Shown here: piece by piece, positions 16,828-26,600 of the stretch
How the letters are laid out: each line of letters opens with the position of its first letter
How positions within the stretch are numbered: the stretch's first letter is position 1
Virus record (IMG/VR): IMGVR_UViG_3300005077_000120
Location: 1 to 33,415 of that record
Reading direction: 5' to 3' (one strand)
DNA length: 33,415 nucleotides
From: a virus
Lineage: Duplodnaviria; Caudoviricetes
Translations under genes and position numbers: made by a program
Notes under the pieces: generated by a model
Told to the model about the DNA's origin: nothing
What the model saw: the letters and a program-made list of their open reading frames with translations, nothing else
The model's database searches: none

Positions 16828-18360
16828 ATGGCATCTCAGGGAACAGATGACAGTGGCAGAATCTATGCACAGGGCCTCAATGTAGCAGGCTCAGGATACA
16901 CACAGATTAAGGTATCAGCGGCAAATGGCATGTATACCTCCGGTGACATTGCTTCCGGTGCAGCCGATGCTGGCAACCCGGCAAAGGTCGGCGGCGTGGC
17001 ATCAGCATCAGAACCGGTGGCAGTGGATGAGCTTGACAGGGTTAACTTCATGGCTGACCTCGCCGGGAATCAGAAGGTTGTGGGCAATGTGGCTCATGAC
17101 GTTGCTGATACTGGCAACCCCGTCAAAGTGGGCGCAAAGGCAACTGCAGCGAAAGCATCCAACGTCACAGAGGGCGACAGGGCAAACCTCAGCACAGACC
17201 TTGCAGGACAGCTCAGGGTCATTGCCCCTGACTATTCAGCGGCACTTGATGCGGCAGCCCCCTCCTCAGCCCTCATGGTGGCAGGCAAAGGAAACGCCGC
17301 AAAACCGGCAGCAGATGATGAAGGGGATATCATGGCTCTCTCCTGTGACCTCTCGGGACAGCTCAGAACAATCTCCCCTGATGTGACTGCAGTGCTTGAT
17401 GCTGCAATCCCGGCAAGTGCCCTGCTCCTCGGTGCAAAGGGCAATGCTGCTGCTCCTACCGCAGATGATGAGGGTGACATCATTGCTCTCAGCACTGACC
17501 TCCAGGGCTCACTCCGCACCATCGGCAATGCGGCTCATGATGCTGTAGATGCAGGTGAGCCTGTAAAGATCGGTGGGTATGGTAAAGCAGCAGCCCCTGC
17601 AGCAGCAAGTGCTGATGGCGACAGGGTAAACGCATGGTTCGACCGTTACGGCAGGGCCTCAGTATGGTGTGATCTCACCTATGGCATCGCAGCCTCTGCA
17701 ATTCCCGCCGGGGTCACAATGGCAGGTCTGTCTGACGGCACCAATGCCAGAGCATTCAAAGGTGACTCCTCGGGCATCCTGTTTGTCCAGGGTCAGGTGG
17801 CTCATGATGCCGCAGATGCGGGCAACCCCCTCAAGATGGGAGCAAAAGCGAATGCTGCCCTTCCTGCAGCAGTGGCTGAGAATGACCTTGCCAACCTTTC
17901 TGCTGACCTGTATGGACAGCTCAGAGTGCTCAAGCAGGGCCTTGCGGTGAACCTCAGGACTGCTGCAGAGCAGACTGCAGGCACCGTCAATGGTGATGCA
18001 GTGACTGGGGTTGATCCTTTCACACATCTGGATGTAATGCTTGATGTGCAGGCAGCAGCCACTGAGGTTGATGATACCCTTGATGTATATGTGGATGCCT
18101 CCGCAGATGCAGGCAGTACATGGGTCAATATCATCCACTTCACACAGGTGCTCGGCAATGGCGGGGCAAAGAAGTTTGTCGCCTCTGTCCACCTTGCAGC
18201 AAACCTGACTGATGTAGATGTGACCACGGACCTTGCTGCCCATGCAGCACCGAGATCCTTCCTGGGTAATGCCATCAGATACCGCTCAGTCGTTGCTGAT
18301 GCAGGTGGCGGCGCAGCAGCATTCACACATGCCATCAAGGCAGTGCTGAAACAGGCATAA
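16828..18360 (+). CDS. Ala/Asp-rich repeat protein, probable virion fibre or structural protein
   Basis: AAAGGAG RBS before ATG 16828; about seven ~47-50-aa repeats of type AHDAADAGNPVKVG...EGDRANLSTDLAGQLRV. Confidence 0.75.
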   Translation: MASQGTDDSGRIYAQGLNVAGSGYTQIKVSAANGMYTSGDIASGAADAGNPAKVGGVASASEPVAVDELDRVNFMADLAGNQKVVGNVAHDVADTGNPVKVGAKATAAKASNVTEGDRANLSTDLAGQLRVIAPDYSAALDAAAPSSALMVAGKGNAAKPAADDEGDIMALSCDLSGQLRTISPDVTAVLDAAIPASALLLGAKGNAAAPTADDEGDIIALSTDLQGSLRTIGNAAHDAVDAGEPVKIGGYGKAAAPAAASADGDRVNAWFDRYGRASVWCDLTYGIAASAIPAGVTMAGLSDGTNARAFKGDSSGILFVQGQVAHDAADAGNPLKMGAKANAALPAAVAENDLANLSADLYGQLRVLKQGLAVNLRTAAEQTAGTVNGDAVTGVDPFTHLDVMLDVQAAATEVDDTLDVYVDASADAGSTWVNIIHFTQVLGNGGAKKFVASVHLAANLTDVDVTTDLAAHAAPRSFLGNAIRYRSVVADAGGGAAAFTHAIKAVLKQA

Positions 18361-18368
18361 TGACTTGC

Positions 18369-18393
18369 AGGGAGGGTGCCCCTGACCCTCCCT
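18369..18393 (+). promoter_or_regulatory. Late-region hairpin, copy 3 (loop GCCCCTG)
   Basis: AGGGAGGGT-GCCCCTG-ACCCTCCCT just after the stop of the repeat protein. Confidence 0.6.
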
Positions 18394-18417
18394 TATCACA
18401 CCCCTCAGGAGCATCCT

Positions 18418-18759
18418 ATGAGTGACTATTACGGCAGCAATCTACTGGACAACCCTGGGGCAGAGGATGGCACTGATCACTGGTCAGGCTCACCTCAGCA
18501 AGTTGCCGGGGGAACTGATGGCAGTTACTGTTTCGAAGTTCCCGAAGGCGGGATTATGTACCAGAATGTCACCCCTCCCTCTGAGGAGAGTTTCACCGGG
18601 GATATCAGAGTGAGTGCCAAGTATCTCCCTGAGTATCTGCCTGACAGGGCAGCCGGGAGAGAGAGTTGGCAAAAGATAGAGTGTACTGTGATATACACTG
18701 ATGGCACCCGCAGCATCCACACCTGCCCCTGTGAGGTGTATCAGGGGGAATCAGCATGA
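18418..18759 (+). CDS. Hypothetical protein resembling the N-terminal part of a carbohydrate-binding jelly-roll
   Basis: AGGAG before ATG 18418; NLLDNPGAEDGTDHW resembles the NLLxNPGFE start of CBM4/9-like domains. Confidence 0.6.
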   Translation: MSDYYGSNLLDNPGAEDGTDHWSGSPQQVAGGTDGSYCFEVPEGGIMYQNVTPPSEESFTGDIRVSAKYLPEYLPDRAAGRESWQKIECTVIYTDGTRSIHTCPCEVYQGESA

Positions 18760-19253
18760 TCTCTACATGGATACCGGGACAGGAGAAAACCATTGACCTG
18801 ACCTGGACAGTGATGGAATTCACTGTGACTCTTGCCGAGGGGAAAACTGCATCATCCATTCAGTTCAAAATCCAGAACTATGGCACCTCCCAGGGATCCT
18901 TGTATGTGGATGAATGCTCCCTGGAAGCAGGCAGTGAGTTCTCTGACATTGAGCGGGATATCACCTATGTGACGCAACTGGATCACACAGATGACCTGCC
19001 CTCCTCAGTGCAGCATCATCTGCTGACCACCCCCTATCTGCATGCACCCGGACCCTGCAGAACTATCACCAATACCTCAGCAGCAGGGACAGCAGGAGAG
19101 ATATGCCTCTGCTCAGCAGATGGCAAGTTTTACGGGTGCACTGTGACAGGAGCCCCAGGGACCTGGGTGCTGATGTGCTTCACCCCCCAGGCGCCCGGCA
19201 CAGATATCAACGCAGTAATCTCTGCCCTGCAAGCAGCAGGCATTTTTACGTAA
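18756..19253 (+). CDS. Small fibre-like protein
   Basis: ATGA overlap with the previous gene; SLYVDECSL strand; C-terminal INAVISALQAAGIF resembles a fibre trimerisation motif. Confidence 0.6.
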   Translation: MISTWIPGQEKTIDLTWTVMEFTVTLAEGKTASSIQFKIQNYGTSQGSLYVDECSLEAGSEFSDIERDITYVTQLDHTDDLPSSVQHHLLTTPYLHAPGPCRTITNTSAAGTAGEICLCSADGKFYGCTVTGAPGTWVLMCFTPQAPGTDINAVISALQAAGIFT

Positions 19254-19271
19254 TGAAAGGCGGGAAAACCG

Positions 19272-19739
19272 ATGATTGTAAACCGCACCAGAGCTGAGAC
19301 TATCAAGAACATATGGACATTTGAAACCTCCCCCATTCTCCCCACCCCCACCACTGACTATCAAGCAGCTACAAAGAAATACGTGGATGATGTGGCTGAT
19401 GCTGCCAATGTCATGCAGGACAAAGGTGCCATTGACTGCTCAGGGAACCCGAACTATCCTGCAGCAAACCAGGGGCACATCTACCGGGTGAGCGTGGCAG
19501 GGAAAATCGGCGGGGCATCAGGCTTGCCTGTCTATGCAGGAGATCTCCTGCACTGCTTCACCGACAGCTCAGCAGCAGGCACTCATGCAGCAGTGGGGGC
19601 AAACTGGCATATCCTGATGGTGAGGCCCACAAAGGCAGCACACATTGCTGATGCCAGCAACACGGTCAACAGTGTGAAAACTCAGCTCAATCTGCTGTTT
19701 GCAGCCCTGGAAAACCTCGGGCTGTTTGAAACATCATAA
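19272..19739 (+). CDS. Small fibre-like protein
   Basis: PTTDYQAATKKYVD fibre motif, KGAIDCSGNPNYPAA, C-terminal QLNLLFAALENLGL. Confidence 0.7.
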   Translation: MIVNRTRAETIKNIWTFETSPILPTPTTDYQAATKKYVDDVADAANVMQDKGAIDCSGNPNYPAANQGHIYRVSVAGKIGGASGLPVYAGDLLHCFTDSSAAGTHAAVGANWHILMVRPTKAAHIADASNTVNSVKTQLNLLFAALENLGLFETS

Positions 19740-19751
19740 GGAGGATTTACC

Positions 19752-20309
19752 ATGAAAAAGTTTGTATTTTCCTGGCTCATTATATTTGCCATTCTGCTCA
19801 TGTGCCCAGCACAGGCCCAGGATTACGGCTACGGCACCCTGGATGATTGTATCAGTTACACCACCGGGGCAAATGCCACGCATACCTTCGGGGATGAGCC
19901 TCTGACAAACAGTTACCCTCCCGCCATGACCAGAGGCGTTGAAGTAACCTACATTGCCTCCTCCTGTGTCACCGGCACCGGACAGGCGAGGATTGTCATT
20001 CCCGCCTGTTGGGACGGCATGTCCCTCGTTGCCGCTGTAGCAATCCACGACACGGCAGGCAGTTCTGCAGGCGGCGATAGTGACAGCACAATCGACATAC
20101 AGAAAAGCCACAGTGGCGGGGCATTCGCCTCCATGCTCACCGGCCTAATTACAATCACCAAGGGCGGGACACTCAGCAGCAGCGTCACAATAAAGACTGA
20201 CGGGACGCAGGTGGTAAATACCGGTGATATACTGCGGATTGACGTATCCACACTACCGGCAAGCACCGCACCTCTGGGCCTGCGGCTCGTCCTGACATTC
20301 TCGTTCTGA
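19752..20309 (+). CDS. Signal-peptide protein with fibre-tip-like C-terminal beta domain
   Basis: AAGGAGG RBS; MKKFVFSWLIIFAILLMCPAQA signal peptide; C-terminal TIDIQK...GDILRIDV...GLRLVLTF. Confidence 0.7.
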   Translation: MKKFVFSWLIIFAILLMCPAQAQDYGYGTLDDCISYTTGANATHTFGDEPLTNSYPPAMTRGVEVTYIASSCVTGTGQARIVIPACWDGMSLVAAVAIHDTAGSSAGGDSDSTIDIQKSHSGGAFASMLTGLITITKGGTLSSSVTIKTDGTQVVNTGDILRIDVSTLPASTAPLGLRLVLTFSF

Positions 20310-20320
20310 GGAGGCCCAAC

Positions 20321-21997
20321 ATGCACACACTCAAACTCACTCTCTCCACCCTGCTCCTCCTCCTGCTGCTCTGCGGTAGTGTGTATGCCGCTGATACACC
20401 TCATTATTATGTTGGCGACGGTGGCACAAACCTATGGTCAGGTGATTGCTGGTCCAGTGACAACGATGGTGTTGTTAATGCTGGATTTGGAGTCCCTGAC
20501 GATGATGATACCGTATACTTCAATGCCTCTAGCGGCAACTGCGCTATATCCAATGCCAATGCTGCATGTGGCGCATTAACACTAACGGGATATACAGGAA
20601 CAATAACGGTAAGCAGTCCGAGAGAGTTCAAAGTGCAGGGAACCTTTACCGGGGCGGCAGGGGCAACCATAACAAACAACCAGGATTTTACCATGGCTGT
20701 TGGCACAAAGAACTTTACCTCCAACGGCATGACCATAAACGGCACAGGCAGAATGAATTTTTACTCGGGAAACTGGACATTAGCTGATGACCTGACTATA
20801 TCGTGTAATTTGTCAACCGGCCCATCGGCAACTTTTAATATATCTAGTAGAACCGTATCGGCCAACAATATCAGCATATATTCAACCTCAACACTGACTT
20901 CCACAGGAAGCACTATTAACTGTACCGGTGACTCTTTTGAAGGTACAGGTCACACGTTTAACACGGTCAATTTTAATGGCACCGGCTATAGTTGCAGTCT
21001 TAGCGGAGCCAATACATTCGGTGCCGTGACCGTTAACAAGAATGGGAAATCGCTCACCAACAGCACCGACACGCAGACCTGCTCATCGTTTACGATAACG
21101 GATGGCACGTATGCAGGGACGGCGGCCATGAACTGCAGTGGCAACGTGACGGTAGCGGCAAGCAAGGTGTGGAGCAATACGGGAACGCTCACCCTGAGCG
21201 GTAATTCCTCCATATTGGCAACAGGTGGGGTTTCCATAGGCTCTCCTGTGGTTTTCACTGGGACAGGCCCAAGCATTACAGGCGCAGGGACTTTCTCCTC
21301 CATAACCCTGAACTCCTCAAGCGCACAAACACTCACCCTCCCGGCATCTGCGACTACCACCTTCACCGGCGAGGGCATCCGTGTGGGTAGCGGAGCGCAG
21401 GGGCGAAAGACGGTGCAATCCTCTGCGGCAAGTGCTACCACACTCAGTAAAAATGGAGGGTATTTACTCGTTGATCTCGCAGGCGGAACTGCCTCATGGC
21501 TCACCGTGTATCCTCAGATACAGAGCCTGCTGACCCGGGGGCCTGACTACCTTACGATTGACTTTGCTGATGTGCCCTGCTCCTACTACTACGGCGGGGC
21601 TATCGCCATATCGACACATGAGCACAACTGGAGGGCGGCACTTGTGCACGAGATCAGCCACGCCGTGGATCAATGGGTGCACCACGATCAGCAGGCCCCA
21701 TGGCTCAGTGAGGTGATCGCCTGCCACACGCAGGGGGCCATGGGCTACCCGCAGGGGTGCTCGGTGCAATACGACCCGGCAAGCCTGACGGGGCCGCTGT
21801 TGGAGGACTATACCTGCTATGTGCTGTTCGGCGTGTGGCTGGAGAGACAGAGCCCGGGGGCGGTCAAGCGTAGTCACGCAGGTGGTGGGGGTGGGGTGGA
21901 TGGAGAGATGGAGAAGGGAGGCGAAGTGATATGCCCAGCAAAGCAGAGCTTGATGGTATTACCCCCTTTCTCCGTGAGTTCGGTTTCCCCATCCTGA
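20321..21997 (+). CDS. Signal-peptide beta-helix-like protein fused to an HExxH metallopeptidase fragment; 3' end probably frameshifted
   Basis: GAGGAGG RBS; signal peptide; VPDDDDTVYFNASSG then Thr/Gly/Ser-rich beta repeats; LVHEISH...WLSEVIA; unnatural GGGGG tail overlapping the next gene by 67 nt. Confidence 0.65.
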   Translation: MHTLKLTLSTLLLLLLLCGSVYAADTPHYYVGDGGTNLWSGDCWSSDNDGVVNAGFGVPDDDDTVYFNASSGNCAISNANAACGALTLTGYTGTITVSSPREFKVQGTFTGAAGATITNNQDFTMAVGTKNFTSNGMTINGTGRMNFYSGNWTLADDLTISCNLSTGPSATFNISSRTVSANNISIYSTSTLTSTGSTINCTGDSFEGTGHTFNTVNFNGTGYSCSLSGANTFGAVTVNKNGKSLTNSTDTQTCSSFTITDGTYAGTAAMNCSGNVTVAASKVWSNTGTLTLSGNSSILATGGVSIGSPVVFTGTGPSITGAGTFSSITLNSSSAQTLTLPASATTTFTGEGIRVGSGAQGRKTVQSSAASATTLSKNGGYLLVDLAGGTASWLTVYPQIQSLLTRGPDYLTIDFADVPCSYYYGGAIAISTHEHNWRAALVHEISHAVDQWVHHDQQAPWLSEVIACHTQGAMGYPQGCSVQYDPASLTGPLLEDYTCYVLFGVWLERQSPGAVKRSHAGGGGGVDGEMEKGGEVICPAKQSLMVLPPFSVSSVSPS

Positions 21998-22428
21998 TGA
22001 CTGTAGTGCTTGCCATTATCCTGGTGTATCTCATCAAGTGGATCACCGGCAGGGTAAACAGGAGTCTGGATGGGCTCAGCAATCAACTCACCACCCTCAG
22101 CAACGCTATCACAAAGCATTGTGCTGATGCTGCTATAGCACTGCAGCAAGCTCAGGTAATAGCAGCAAACCTGCAGTCATTCCGGGATAGTGAAAAGGGC
22201 TGCCTCAACAATCTCAAGAGTGCCATTGAGTTGCATGCAAAATCATGCGATGCAGGGCAGGGAAAGGTATGTGATATCTCCAGGGACATTGATGCCATAG
22301 GAGCAACCCTGCAGCAACTGGCTCAGGATGGGGCAGTAACAAAGGAAAAGCTGAGAGAGATATTCTCTCATTTTTTAACGAAGGGAGAGAGTAATAATGG
22401 AGGGCAAGATGACAGCGGAAAATCTTGA
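21931..22428 (+). CDS. Single-TM plus coiled-coil membrane protein (holin/antiholin-like)
   Basis: FLREFGFPILMTVVLAIILVYLIKWI TM segment followed by helical heptads; GGGAGG RBS; upstream of the amidase. Confidence 0.6.
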   Translation: MPSKAELDGITPFLREFGFPILMTVVLAIILVYLIKWITGRVNRSLDGLSNQLTTLSNAITKHCADAAIALQQAQVIAANLQSFRDSEKGCLNNLKSAIELHAKSCDAGQGKVCDISRDIDAIGATLQQLAQDGAVTKEKLREIFSHFLTKGESNNGGQDDSGKS

Positions 22429-22573
22429 TAGGCTGAGACAGGCAGCAGAGCAGCACTCACGGAGCACAGGATCTCTGGTGAGCCTGATTGACTCTATTGC
22501 CGATGCCTCAAAAAGGAGGGCTGACAATGACATTCCGAAAGGTGACGAAGGACAATCCCCTGAGGCTGCCTGA
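22397..22573 (+). CDS. 58-aa hypothetical protein (not in the ORF track)
   Basis: AAGGGAG RBS, MEGKMTAENLDRLRQAAEQ...; fills the gap between the membrane protein and the endolysin. Confidence 0.45.
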   Translation: MEGKMTAENLDRLRQAAEQHSRSTGSLVSLIDSIADASKRRADNDIPKGDEGQSPEAA

Positions 22574-23027
22574 AAAGGCTGATGTACGGGGCATCATCCT
22601 GCACTGGACTGCAGGCAGGTATGGGCAGCACTTTGATGACTATCACTTTTCCATTGATGAGTTGGGGCAGGTGTGGCAAAACAAGCACTCACCCCCAGGC
22701 ACGGTGCTCCCCCACTGTTGGCACAGGAACACAGGTAGCATAGGCATTGCAGCAGCAGCAATGTATAATGCCACCTCAGAGGATTATGGTGAGTATCCTG
22801 TGACCAGGAAGCAACTTGAGGCAATGGCTGCCCTGGCAGCAAAGATCTGCAGGAAATACAGCATCCCTGAGACAGCAGTGCTCACCCATGCTGAGGCTGC
22901 AGATGAAGATGGATACGGGCCGAACTCAGGAGCATGTGAGAGGTGGGATCTCTGGAAGGAGGGCTCATCCCTTCATAAAAAGATAGCATGGTATCTCAAA
23001 ATGGGAGGCAGCAATGCCAACGCTTAA
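22527..23027 (+). CDS. Endolysin, N-acetylmuramoyl-L-alanine amidase (Amidase_2 type), catalytic domain only
   Basis: IILHWTAG, YHFSID..G, HCWHRNTGSIGIA, KY.I...VLTHAE; AAGGAGG RBS before ATG 22527. Confidence 0.9.
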   Translation: MTFRKVTKDNPLRLPEKADVRGIILHWTAGRYGQHFDDYHFSIDELGQVWQNKHSPPGTVLPHCWHRNTGSIGIAAAAMYNATSEDYGEYPVTRKQLEAMAALAAKICRKYSIPETAVLTHAEAADEDGYGPNSGACERWDLWKEGSSLHKKIAWYLKMGGSNANA

Positions 23028-23208
23028 CGATATCATCAGGGCTCTCATAAGGGCAGGGGTCATGCGGTGGCTCATTGTAGGGTTCGGGTGCTGCTGCATG
23101 GTGGTGCTCAACTGCTTCAAAAGCAACTCCCCTGCTGATGCTGCGGGGAATGTCATCTTCGGGGTGCTCATCCTGGCAGCAATGTTTGCACCAATGAAAA
23201 AGGAGTGA
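23014..23208 (+). CDS. Small two-TM membrane protein (holin candidate)
   Basis: Two hydrophobic segments and a charged C-terminus KKE; directly after the endolysin. Confidence 0.55.
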   Translation: MPTLNDIIRALIRAGVMRWLIVGFGCCCMVVLNCFKSNSPADAAGNVIFGVLILAAMFAPMKKE

Positions 23209-23212
23209 TAAC

Positions 23213-23509
23213 ATGAATGATATGATCATCAAGATAACAGAGCTTTTCAAGTCAAAAGGCTTGCAGGATGCTTCAAAGTTTGCTACTGCCATTGTGAATG
23301 CAATTATAGCAGCATGCAATGCAGGCTTGATAAAACTGGATGAGGTTCCTATTCAATGCGAGAAGTGCGGAAGAGATGCCTCTGAATGGGTACTGACTGT
23401 AACGGGCATTTTCAAATGGATTTTCTCTTTCAAGCTCACTGCTGTAATTCACATCATGTGGGATGAAAAATGCGGAAGGTCATACTTCAGAGTTAAGTTT
23501 ATTAAATAA
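23213..23509 (+). CDS. Hypothetical protein
   Basis: AAGGAG RBS; 98 aa with CEKC; visibly more AT-rich than neighbours. Confidence 0.6.
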   Translation: MNDMIIKITELFKSKGLQDASKFATAIVNAIIAACNAGLIKLDEVPIQCEKCGRDASEWVLTVTGIFKWIFSFKLTAVIHIMWDEKCGRSYFRVKFIK

Positions 23510-23631
23510 GCATAAAAAGCAGCCTTCACAGGAGGCTCTATAAGGGCATCCAACTCACCCCGGTAATGGTTTTATACCAGAGCCGGGGTTTTCTTTTGTT
23601 ACAGGGCATATTCAGCACAAAGGAGACTACC

Positions 23632-26600
23632 ATGGCACTTTCATCACCAACCTTCACCGGCTCGGGCCTCAATGACCTGAGCGCAGGGGGAGCATACACC
23701 GGCAGCACGGCAGCAATCTTTTACGTTGAGATTGTATCAGCGGGATCGCCCGATACGTTCAGGTGGAAAAAGGACACTGACGGCACATGGAGCGCAGCCC
23801 TCACAATGACCACCTCTGCCTATACCATGAGTGATGGGGTGACCATCACTTTCGGAGCCGCCACCGGGCACACTGCAGGCGACAAGTGGGAGATTGCTAC
23901 CGGCGGGCAAAAGGTCTTTCCTCAGGCATACTATGACAATCGGCACAGCAGCACTGCGCCGTTTCCTCTGGCTCTCGATGGCACGAAAAAGTTTTCCGTG
24001 GAACTGGCTGCCTCAGGAGCCCTGGCGGCGGGCAATGATCTTGTAGTGCACGGGGTTGAATCAGGCACCTACGAGACGATAGAGAATGAGGAGATAGTCT
24101 CGAAAATAATGACCCAGGAGCGTATCTTCGCCCTGGTGCTGCACGATAACTGCCAGTATACAGTCACCTGCATCCACAGCATCACAGGGGAGGTGTTGTG
24201 GGATGATACAGAGGAGTTTTCTACGTACGCTGATCATGATTGCACCCAGTATGCTGTCAATATGGCGATTGACAATGATTACCTGTGTGTGTTTGGCCTG
24301 TTGGAGGCCCGGACAGATGACGAGATCAAGCATTCGCCATTCTGGTGTGTGCGCTACGACATGCAGGGCAGCCGCATTGACTCAGCGTCATTCGAGCCCT
24401 TTGCGGCACCCGAGGGGTATCCCGTGCTGTACGATATGTACTGCAATACTATGGCCGTGGTGCAGGGCGGCAAGGTGTTCCTGCAGGCAGTGACGCAGCA
24501 TGTGGGGAGCATCGATGATGCCCTCACCGAGAGCACCCAGAAAACTACCCCTGGATGGGTGGATACCGGCAATACACGGCACTGGTCTGCCTGTGACACT
24601 GCCCAGGAGCTGCCAGGGGATACCATTGCCAATTGGGGCGGTGGCGCACAGGTGGAATACCTCACACCTGCCAAGTATACCCGGCAGATAGCCAAGGATA
24701 TTGCAATCTGGCATGATATGTATAGCATCTACTGCTACGACCTCAGCACAGGCGCAGCCAGATGGAAGCATGTGATCCCTGGCATACAGACGAAAAATTT
24801 CTACCCTCAGGAAGTGGCGCTGGAGAATGCTGCTGATTCCTGGGTATCGCTCACCGGCGGCGGAGTGGCGGCAATTGAGTTGGGCGAGGGGTTTGTGATT
24901 GCCCTGGTCACGAAAACATCCTACGACCTGCATAATAATTTCCTGGCTGACAGGCTCGGCACAGGGGATTACGAGGAGTTCAGGGTATATCCCACGTATG
25001 ATTACATCAAGCATTATGCTTACTTCCTGGACTACAGCGGCAATTTCCTGGGGGAGATACTCCTCCGGGAAGAAACCTTCGAGAGCTACGGTGATGTGGG
25101 ATACCCTGCAGGCCCACGGTATGGCACAGGGTATATGGGCAATGACATGACCGCTATACCACCCACTGCTGATATGGCCGGGCATGAGGCCACCCTGTAT
25201 GACATCATTGTGCGAGATCCTTTTTATGACATCGGCACTCCTCCCGGGCCTATTGGATACCTGGACGGGGAAGGCAACTACGTGGATGTGTGGCTGTATG
25301 AGGCGGTATATTACTATGAGGTGGAGGGCGAGAATTCTCGCAGCATCACTGACAGCATCACTACCCGGACATCATGGTCAGGCATTACCCTGTCCCAGGA
25401 ATCAGGAGTATGGTATGCCTATATCACCTGCACCGGAACAGAGTCCACCGAGACAAGCACATACCGAATCAATTGCGCTACCCGGGCGCTGATCAGTGAA
25501 ATTGGGGGTAGCTTTTCCCCCCAGCCCTGTCCCACATTCGGCACCCTGCCGACTGTATACAAGCACTTGACCTGGGCCGAGAACGTCACTGACCCGGAGA
25601 ACCCCTATACTCTGCGGCTTGAGCCAGGGATCGGCAATGCTGATTTTTGGATTCACAATGGAGCTACATCCTGCATGTTTTCCGGCGATGTCTACCGGTA
25701 TCTGAGCCTGTTCACGTGGGAGGGCACGGAATACCTGTGGGCGAAAAAATACGTGGTGGATACATGGCAGACTGCCGTGATAGAGATAGATCCCACAGAT
25801 TGCGATGTAGAGAACGAGTGGCTCAACGCGGGGACCGTCACCACCTATCTGGCCGATTATGAAAAGCTGATAGGTGATACCACCTATAGAGTGCTGCTGA
25901 GTGATACCTGGAAAGCAGTGACATGGAACCCTGATGATGGCATTGAGGCCCTGTGGGATGTGCCATTCACCCACAGCGCAGGGGGGTTCAAGACAGACAA
26001 TACGTATAGTTATTTCTGGGATGCCACGAATAATGTTGTGACGCAGCGCAGGAACTCAGATGGCGCCTTTGTCGCTACCCTCAGCATCAGTGATCAGGAG
26101 TGGACTGCTGCACCAGCAATGACTCGCACCAAGTTCATCAATGTGGCTCAGAGTGGCGAGAGCATTGTGGTGAAACTCGTAGATAAGCACGGGGGGCAAT
26201 ACCAGAACCATCTAATCAAGTGGGATTTGGGTGTCGCGACCGGGCAGTCGTATAGCAGGGAGCAGGCGGCGTTCGTGCCCCGGGATCTAGTGGCGACAGA
26301 TGAACTGCTGATCATGCTGGTAGTGGATGCCATCCATGCCTATAGTCACACGGGCACGGAAGAATGGACCGCTGAGGGTGAGTTTGTGTTAGGCGGGGTA
26401 TACAAGACGGGTGCTGATGAATACATCTACCTGCTAATAAATGACTTGAGGACCGTGCGAAAATACAGTGTGGGCGGCTCCTGGCTTGACACCCTTACCC
26501 TGCCCTATGCGCTGTCAGCACCCGGGGGGCTCTGCATCTACGAATGGGAGACAGGGGTGCCTGACGAAAAAATACCTGTGCTGGTATTCGCCGGTCAGGG

